From IMG/VR virus record IMGVR_UViG_3300025707_000006, positions 32,001 to 96,000 of that record: a DNA stretch of 64,000 nt; one strand, 5' to 3'. The stretch comes from a virus (lineage: Duplodnaviria > Caudoviricetes). Under the pieces are notes generated by a model. It did not search any database and was not told the origin of the DNA. It saw only the letters and a list, made by a program, of their open reading frames with translations. Of the stretch, positions 57,500 to 64,000 are shown in pieces. The translations under genes were made by a program, and so were the position numbers. The number at the start of each line of letters is the position of its first letter. Positions within the stretch are counted from its first letter, which is position 1.

Positions 57500-60400
57500 A
57501 TGGCTGATGATTTTAAGACCACAGTTAGTAGAACGCTAGATACGACCAATCGCCAATACACAAATGTAGTATGGCAAGCAGGTAAACCTCCTCTCGATAG
57601 TGAGCTTAACCTAGTAGGTCAACTCGCCACAGATAATCTCTCAAAGACTATTTCGGCAACTGCTCATAGTGGTATCCTAATGAACCCTAGAACTGCCGAC
57701 AGAGACTTTGAGTTTAATCCCCTATGGTCAAACATCTTAAAATCCAAGCCCCTAAAGGCTTTAGTCAATGGGTTGGTTTTAAACATTGAAGAGACTACCA
57801 TTAACCTCTCTCCACCACCCACACAAGACAATCGAGTAGACTTTGTTTTCCTAGAGGTGTGGAAGACCATTATCTCTGCTAGCAATGCAATAGCTGATGC
57901 AGACCTTCTTAAGATCAAACCTACTACAACAACCGTTTATTCCAATGGCAATCTTGCGGGTAGTGGGCTAGAAGATGAGATGGTAGACACCAATGTTGGA
58001 TTTGAAACCACAAAGCGTGTACAGGTTCAGTATCGCTTTAGAGTAGTTGATAACATTGACATTTACTCTCACATCGAAGGTATGTCCAGCAACCTCGTTA
58101 AAGCTAAAGGCCCTTTAGATGCTGTTAGCACTGTGAGCTTCAATAACCAACACGCAAATGGAGATGCTGGTCTTTGGGTCGCTCACATGACAAGTGATGG
58201 ATGTCCTCTTGGTCAACCTTGTGACCCTAATGTGCCAAACACAGCACTGAGCGATTTCTTAGCAGAGAACATCGTTTATGGTATCCCTATCTGTGCAATC
58301 ACTCGAAGAAATGACCACGCTTATGTTGCGTCTGTAAACGCAGGCAATGCTAATCAGAATGGAGCGATGGATCGTAAGCCTTCATCTACCATGAGTACAG
58401 ACGCAATTACTCTCCTACAAGCAACATTGACTAATGCTTTAGATGCTTCAATCACAGGTAATGTAACGATCACTAATGGTGTTGGTTCGGGTCTTGATGA
58501 TGCTGATCTTTATGGTTCTGAAAGATACTTGGTGCTTGGTGAAGGTCTTAACAGAGAAATCATTAGAGTAAGTGGATTTGCAAACCCAAATCTTACGATT
58601 GTGGCTAGAGGTGAAGGTGGAACACAAGCTAAGTACCACTCAGCAGGAACAAATGTTGTTCTCTTTAACAACCGACCTGATGGTAAATATGCTGATCAGA
58701 TCCATGCCGAAGATCTATTCGATATGCGTCATGCTACCACTATCGGTGAGTGGGATTATCAGTCTCTACTTGAAAGCTCTCTCTCTGATCTCCTCTTCGG
58801 AAATCTAAAGACTGCCTACAAGCAGAACCAACAAAACAACACCACATCGGGAACGACCATAGAAGAAGTTTCTATGATCGACAACCAAACCCCACCACAA
58901 ACATACAATATGGATTGGCCTAATGGGTTTAGAGACACATGGTCTGATGCTTCTGTACCCCAAATGGGATTGACTATGTATCTTAGTTTGCCGAGTGCAA
59001 GAGACTCTTTTGGGGTAACACAAACAAACCTCAATGTAGCCAACTCAACCTTTTGGTCTATCGGACCAAACTTATCTCCTAGTGCTTTCATTTATGATGG
59101 TCTTGTCATGAAGTCTGGCTCATGGATCAAAATAACACTTAATAGTGATCAGACAAACTTAGCTTATGGGGTCAATCAGATTGTTGGTGCAAATACCTCC
59201 GAAGAGAGAGGTGTTCGCTTTATCGCACCTAAAGAAGTCAGAGATGCTTCAATAAAACGATCACCATTCACCATCGAAGAGGTAGGTGATAATCATGGTC
59301 AGTTATACTACCCGACCCTTGCATCTAGCTTTGAAAGACCATTTATCGTACTAGGTAAATCTCAGTACGATGCTACATTCACCACATCTACTGCTGACAA
59401 TGTGACAGATCAAAACTATCGTTATTTGTATCGACCAAATGCGATCAATCAGTCAAATGTTGTTGTTGATCAGCAGACTGGAGCTGGTAAAGCTACAGAA
59501 CAAGTCGTTGCTGTCAGATTGGGTGCGAGTGGTGTTGATTTACCTCTCGCTGTGAGAAATATCGAATCCCTCGTGACAAACAATGGGTATGACACGAGTG
59601 GAGATCACTCTAGTTTATATGCTGTCATCTATGGTGACCCAGCCGCTCAACAGAACAATGGTGTATTCAAAGTAATAGACATATTAAACGATGACTTAGA
59701 CACACCTAATGCTATTTACTATAAATCAACCGACACTACTGTTGGTTGGGCTCCAACATCCAAAGTAGGTTGGCTTATACTCAAGCCTATCGACAACATT
59801 AACAGAACCCCTGATCTAATTACCGAAAAAATATTGAAGATTGAGTTCAGAACGCAAGACCTCGCTAACAAAGACGATGAGGTGATGATCGCCATTACAG
59901 AATCTGTAGACCACGCCATTGCCAACTCTACTCTAGGTAAACTCTCTATCACAAGCGAGTTCCAACTTGGTGTCTCTGTCCTCTACCCCTCTGCAACAGG
60001 TGGCATTGCTAATGTAGCTGAGGACATTCATAAGATCGGTTTAGTACCAGATGTCTCCACAGGCGAGTTCCTTAACAACTCGAAGTCTGTTTTACATGGT
60101 GCAGATTTCTCTAACTTGCCCCTTATAGGGAATGAGATAGACCTACCAACGAAGAACCATGTCTCTCTTTGGAATAGGCTACCCTCATCAAACCTGCCAA
60201 TCGGTATAGCACAGTCTACTCAGATGGGTGGTCGTATCATCAATGAAGAAGCTGATCGTGAGGCTGAAGCGTTTACAGATGAAAACAGTAAGACTGTCGT
60301 TCTTAGACCTTTCCAAAACAAGACTGTCATCATCAATAAAGCGATTACGAAGAACCTCGAAGCAAACAATGTTACTCTACCTCTAGTTCCAGAACATTGG

Positions 60401-62818
60401 AACAGCACAACTATTGATGTAGATCTTGAAACATCAGAAATGTTCCTTGCAACTAAGAATGCCGCTTTCGTATTGCCCGAAGCAATCATGCCTCGATTCG
60501 GTAGGCAAGACATCCCTCTACACAACTATACTGGGACAGAAGATCAGTTTAGAAACGGTCTGAACCATATCTTTATTGATAAGTCCTCTGCAAACTCTGA
60601 TGGTGTATTTAACATCATTGGGGGGCTTGATAACGGAGGTAATCCAGGTGTTAGTAATGTCCTATTCGTCACAGACGACCCAAATACCTCGTGGGGTGAG
60701 CGAAAGACAATCACCACAATAGACAGCAAGATTGGTATTGGAGCTAGAAAAACCTCATTAACTGTTCCTACAAGCGACTTTGGATCTACCCTCAATGGTA
60801 TCGAACTTCCTCCTTATTACGGCATTGTTCGTGTCTATGGTGTCTATGAGAGATCTCTATTCCACGATCATTTAAACCAACTAGGAGGTCACGCAATTGA
60901 TCGTGTGACCGTTGCAGGTAATGTGTCAAGTGATGCCTGCCCTAATCTACTAAGAACCGACTCATCAGCGTTCACTATGTATATCAGACAAAACGGTGGT
61001 AAAGATCATGTCAATGGTGTGGATGGCTTGTCTAACACAGACTATTTACACGCACACACTTATATGCTCACCGAACACGCAATCGACATCACCCGACTAA
61101 ATGGTGTGGGTGCTGGTTGGTCTGACGCATCTGTTTTCACAGACTTTAACTATGTTGTTGAAGCTGTGGTATTTATGTTTGCTGATGGGTTTATCTCACA
61201 TAACCGTTATGTACTACCTAGAAAACATAACGGTTCTGGATCTGCTCTTGTGGCGACCACTACACAAAAGGCTGTTGTATCCACAGTCATTCCTTTTGCT
61301 CCTCCTCTTGGTTCACATATCACAGTCGCTTATAAGCGTACTCCATACCAAGGCGACCCTTTAGGTACTCTCGGACAAGCAGACCAAACAGTACCTCAAG
61401 GTCGAAAGAGTCTATCAGAACTCAGACTTGGGACTAAGGTACAGCCAGTAGACCTCTCAAACACCAATAAGCGTAATGTTGAAGTTCTCGCAAGTATGGA
61501 TTTCTACACGACACTCGGAACAGGTAAGATTGGTGGGGTGGTTTACCCGACAACAATCACTGATGTCGGTCATACTCCATTCCCAATCAATCGAGATCCC
61601 ACTGCGTTATTGGCTGACGGTCTTACCCACATCCCTTTAAAGACAGCTACCTTTAAAGGTGAGTCTGAACTAAAAGGAGGTTGGGCGAGCCTATTCCTAT
61701 TTGAGAAGGCAAAAGATGTCGTTAATGGGGAAGTCACCTTAGCTCTCTATAAGAATGACACATCGGTTAGTACCTTTGCGATTGTTACTGCCACGATCCA
61801 AGAACAAGTTACATTGGCGATGTTATGGCTACAGGGATTAGGTTATAACTGCTTCCAAACTCGTGGAGAAATCAAACAAAGTGGTACGGATAACTCAAAC
61901 TATTTTGGTCTACTCATCCAAGCACCTAACCCTACGGACACCTTTGAGTTAGAGGTTCAATGGAAAGATCTTAGAAACGGACAAGACATTCAAGTCTTTG
62001 GAAACCTAAGAGAATCGCCTTTGAGTTTTCAAATGTGGACATTAACAGGACCTCCTCTTGTAAACTATGAATCAACACTCAATTCTCGAAGCATGAGTCG
62101 TGTTCATTTCTCTAAGGTTAACACACCAAGAATAAACGCAGGTGATGGTAATACCCCTATCTCTCTAACAGGGATCACCTCAAGATTACCTATCGGATCT
62201 CTCGTTCGAGACTCGGACTTTGTATGCGAAGATATCCTAAGCAATAAGTCGAGCTATTTATTCTCCTCTGCGGGTTCGTTCTCCACTATTTCTAATCCTG
62301 TACCTGTAAGCCCCGATGGTATCCCTTACACAGCTACATTAGGAGTGAGTGGAGATACCTTACAGATGAATGATGGGAAGATATACAATGGAATAACACC
62401 TGCAACACAAACTAAATATACTATCGCAAGAGGGGGAGGATCTGTCTTTAGTGCAGGGGGAAATGTAGAGGGTGGACCTCTAAGTTTCCTAGCGACATCA
62501 TTCAATGAATTTTTACAACCTGTTTTGAAAGGAAGTGCTTTGGTCGGTAGGGCGATGCTTGTGTCTAACAGTTATGAGGAAGATGATACATCAAGCCCTA
62601 CAAGTTATGGAAGCGAACTGCAACTTGTAGTAGTAACCCATGCTGTGGATGGTGGTTCTCCCTCTATTACTCTAGGAGGAGACATTTCACCTTCGGGGTA
62701 TGGAGAAGGTCTAGCGGCGGCTGATCGGTTTAGAGTCAAAGGTAAACCTTTAGTTAAGGTCTACAGTCAAGCCTCTAACCTAAGTGTTGTACCTGCTTCG
62801 TATAACTCTAGCAACTAA
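57500..62818 (+). CDS. Large tail/baseplate-associated structural protein (paralogue of 47415..50633)
   Basis: VWQAGKPPLDSELN, DFVFLEVW, RVQVQYRFR, RPDGKYAD. Confidence 0.7.
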   Translation: MADDFKTTVSRTLDTTNRQYTNVVWQAGKPPLDSELNLVGQLATDNLSKTISATAHSGILMNPRTADRDFEFNPLWSNILKSKPLKALVNGLVLNIEETTINLSPPPTQDNRVDFVFLEVWKTIISASNAIADADLLKIKPTTTTVYSNGNLAGSGLEDEMVDTNVGFETTKRVQVQYRFRVVDNIDIYSHIEGMSSNLVKAKGPLDAVSTVSFNNQHANGDAGLWVAHMTSDGCPLGQPCDPNVPNTALSDFLAENIVYGIPICAITRRNDHAYVASVNAGNANQNGAMDRKPSSTMSTDAITLLQATLTNALDASITGNVTITNGVGSGLDDADLYGSERYLVLGEGLNREIIRVSGFANPNLTIVARGEGGTQAKYHSAGTNVVLFNNRPDGKYADQIHAEDLFDMRHATTIGEWDYQSLLESSLSDLLFGNLKTAYKQNQQNNTTSGTTIEEVSMIDNQTPPQTYNMDWPNGFRDTWSDASVPQMGLTMYLSLPSARDSFGVTQTNLNVANSTFWSIGPNLSPSAFIYDGLVMKSGSWIKITLNSDQTNLAYGVNQIVGANTSEERGVRFIAPKEVRDASIKRSPFTIEEVGDNHGQLYYPTLASSFERPFIVLGKSQYDATFTTSTADNVTDQNYRYLYRPNAINQSNVVVDQQTGAGKATEQVVAVRLGASGVDLPLAVRNIESLVTNNGYDTSGDHSSLYAVIYGDPAAQQNNGVFKVIDILNDDLDTPNAIYYKSTDTTVGWAPTSKVGWLILKPIDNINRTPDLITEKILKIEFRTQDLANKDDEVMIAITESVDHAIANSTLGKLSITSEFQLGVSVLYPSATGGIANVAEDIHKIGLVPDVSTGEFLNNSKSVLHGADFSNLPLIGNEIDLPTKNHVSLWNRLPSSNLPIGIAQSTQMGGRIINEEADREAEAFTDENSKTVVLRPFQNKTVIINKAITKNLEANNVTLPLVPEHWNSTTIDVDLETSEMFLATKNAAFVLPEAIMPRFGRQDIPLHNYTGTEDQFRNGLNHIFIDKSSANSDGVFNIIGGLDNGGNPGVSNVLFVTDDPNTSWGERKTITTIDSKIGIGARKTSLTVPTSDFGSTLNGIELPPYYGIVRVYGVYERSLFHDHLNQLGGHAIDRVTVAGNVSSDACPNLLRTDSSAFTMYIRQNGGKDHVNGVDGLSNTDYLHAHTYMLTEHAIDITRLNGVGAGWSDASVFTDFNYVVEAVVFMFADGFISHNRYVLPRKHNGSGSALVATTTQKAVVSTVIPFAPPLGSHITVAYKRTPYQGDPLGTLGQADQTVPQGRKSLSELRLGTKVQPVDLSNTNKRNVEVLASMDFYTTLGTGKIGGVVYPTTITDVGHTPFPINRDPTALLADGLTHIPLKTATFKGESELKGGWASLFLFEKAKDVVNGEVTLALYKNDTSVSTFAIVTATIQEQVTLAMLWLQGLGYNCFQTRGEIKQSGTDNSNYFGLLIQAPNPTDTFELEVQWKDLRNGQDIQVFGNLRESPLSFQMWTLTGPPLVNYESTLNSRSMSRVHFSKVNTPRINAGDGNTPISLTGITSRLPIGSLVRDSDFVCEDILSNKSSYLFSSAGSFSTISNPVPVSPDGIPYTATLGVSGDTLQMNDGKIYNGITPATQTKYTIARGGGSVFSAGGNVEGGPLSFLATSFNEFLQPVLKGSALVGRAMLVSNSYEEDDTSSPTSYGSELQLVVVTHAVDGGSPSITLGGDISPSGYGEGLAAADRFRVKGKPLVKVYSQASNLSVVPASYNSSN

Positions 62819-62824
62819 AGCCTG

Positions 62825-63013
62825 ATGGCTAAGGACAAGCGTATACCAGGACATTGCACTTGTTGTGGATATAAACTCCCCGAAAGCAATAGAGGGTGGG
62901 GTTTGAACTGGCATGACGGTGCTGGTATGTGTGCTAAATGTCTTTATACTATTCGGAAGTCGATTGGATACTTTGATCGTCTTGAGAAGAAGAAGACTCG
63001 TCAAGATCAGTAG
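62825..63013 (+). CDS. Small zinc-finger-like protein
   Basis: CTCC...CAKC. Confidence 0.45.
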   Translation: MAKDKRIPGHCTCCGYKLPESNRGWGLNWHDGAGMCAKCLYTIRKSIGYFDRLEKKKTRQDQ

Positions 63014-63200
63014 GAGTACCCTCTTCAGTCGCTTCTGAGTCTGCGAGTTTTTGTAAAGTCTGAGCGTTCTCTGCGATAACCTTAAGGTATGACTTAATCA
63101 TCTTCTCCCTACGCTTTAAATCTTCAATACGCTGATTTGCCTTACGAGTCTTACGCCTCGATTTGATTTCTGCCTTCTTGTTCTTCTTTGGTTTCCCCAT
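62949..63200 (-). CDS. Small basic protein
   Basis: AAGGAG RBS; Lys/Arg-rich N-terminus; convergent overlap with the previous ORF. Confidence 0.45.
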   Translation of the reverse strand: MGKPKKNKKAEIKSRRKTRKANQRIEDLKRREKMIKSYLKVIAENAQTLQKLADSEATEEGTPTDLDESSSSQDDQSIQSTSE

Positions 63201-63306
63201 GATCTTTCATCTCCTTTAAGGTAGTGCGTAGATCATCTATACCATTTGTAAAAGTTAAATGTACCTATACATATATAAGATTAACCTTCGCACTTAGGAG
63301 TTAAAT

Positions 63307-63687
63307 ATGTTCAAGAACGCAAAACCATTTTTCTTTGAGAACTCAAAAGTACCAGTTTGGCTCTCAAAGTTAGCACCTATCGAGATCTCTGCTATAACAC
63401 TTGGACCTCTAGTTTTCTCAAGGGGTGTTATCTCAGAGAAAACAAAACGACACGAAACAATCCACTATCAGCAGTATATTGAACTGTTGTTCGTGGGTTT
63501 CCTTGCCATCTATGTGTTTGATTTCTTATATGCCGCCATCATCAAGCGTAAAGGATTTACAAGAGACTCATATCTCGCTATACGATTTGAACAAGAAGCA
63601 TGGCAATGCGATGACTACGAGAACTACTTAGAGACTCGCCAAAGATTCGCTTGGAGAGGATACCCTTTAGGGGGAGAGAGTGTTTAA
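63307..63687 (+). CDS. Small HExxH metallopeptidase-like membrane protein
   Basis: AITLGP, RHETIHYQQ, hydrophobic helix, IRFEQEA; AGGAG RBS. Confidence 0.7.
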   Translation: MFKNAKPFFFENSKVPVWLSKLAPIEISAITLGPLVFSRGVISEKTKRHETIHYQQYIELLFVGFLAIYVFDFLYAAIIKRKGFTRDSYLAIRFEQEAWQCDDYENYLETRQRFAWRGYPLGGESV

Positions 63688-63883
63688 ATACTACATAGGG
63701 TGGAAATACCTAGAGCAAAGCTCAAATGGAGGGGTCGGAGCCTTTATTGTAGGATTCTTACTCATCTGTACCATCTTATACTTTGCATATAAGTCTACTC
63801 GCTAGTCTATCTAGTCCCATTAAACATACTGTTCTCCTTTACTTATATATCATATAAGGGGTTACACACTCATGGAGGAAAGT

Positions 63884-64000
63884 ATGAGCTATAGAACTAA
63901 AAATAAACGGGGTAAAACTTGCTTTACAGACAGTGCTAAAAATGACTTTAAAATTGCCCCCCTTGATTGCAAGGATGGTGTTCTCATGGATATGCTAGGG
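63884..64000 (+). CDS. Partial ORF truncated at the right edge
   Basis: GGAGG RBS; MSYRTKNKRGKTCFTD... stays open to the end. Confidence 0.5.
   Translation, partial: MSYRTKNKRGKTCFTDSAKNDFKIAPLDCKDGVLMDMLG

Noticed and set aside
1228-61364. Many 60-150 aa antisense or nested ORFs in the track (e.g. 4432..4872, 38963..39325, 47582..47950)
   Set aside because: They lie wholly within longer motif-bearing genes and lack an RBS or recognisable motifs.
38802-62818. Bacterial contractile injection system (eCIS/T6SS) rather than a phage
   Set aside because: Linked phage-type polymerase, primase, tdk and dense small ORFans, with no host housekeeping context, favour a phage; sheath and capsid genes are not in this window, so this rests on context.
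1-64000. Stop-codon reassignment
   Set aside because: Very long ORFs and high coding density under the standard code; TAA, TAG and TGA all terminate plausible genes.
1-64000. tRNA or rRNA genes, and a diversity-generating retroelement
   Set aside because: No cloverleaf or rRNA-like segments were noticed in the short intergenic gaps, and no reverse transcriptase or adenine-specific TR/VR pair was seen; tRNAscan-SE was not run.

Overview
This window looks like a ~64 kb segment of a large (probably jumbo) contractile-tailed dsDNA phage of roughly 40% GC, read with the standard genetic code, and most likely infecting a Gram-negative host. 38.8-62.8 kb (+) is a baseplate/tail module: a gp25-like wedge, baseplate-J, a tail-fibre/collar-like protein and 1000-2000 aa structural proteins. 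1-38.7 kb is a mixed-strand accessory region with a family A DNA polymerase, TOPRIM primase, thymidine kinase, an ECF-like sigma factor, two lytic transglycosylases, holin-like genes, NUDIX, GIY-YIG, SNase, GNATs, a C39-like peptidase and an AcrIII-1-like protein. The main unexplained structure is a dispersed ~130 bp module (promoter-like TAATAGTTTATTTATA, conserved UTR and RBS, and a ~23-aa leader MRRSASEIIRNLEMRIARLEKQA) fused to unrelated cargo domains. The leader also recurs inside polyproteins, alongside a related RVASRY/K-x-A motif family. This suggests a modular targeting-and-processing system for virion-packaged cargo. Many of these promoters overlap RBS-occluding hairpins. A second 16-bp motif (GTAACCCCTTATCTAT) marks a separate, probably early, gene class. 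All family calls are from motif recognition by eye; no searches were run.
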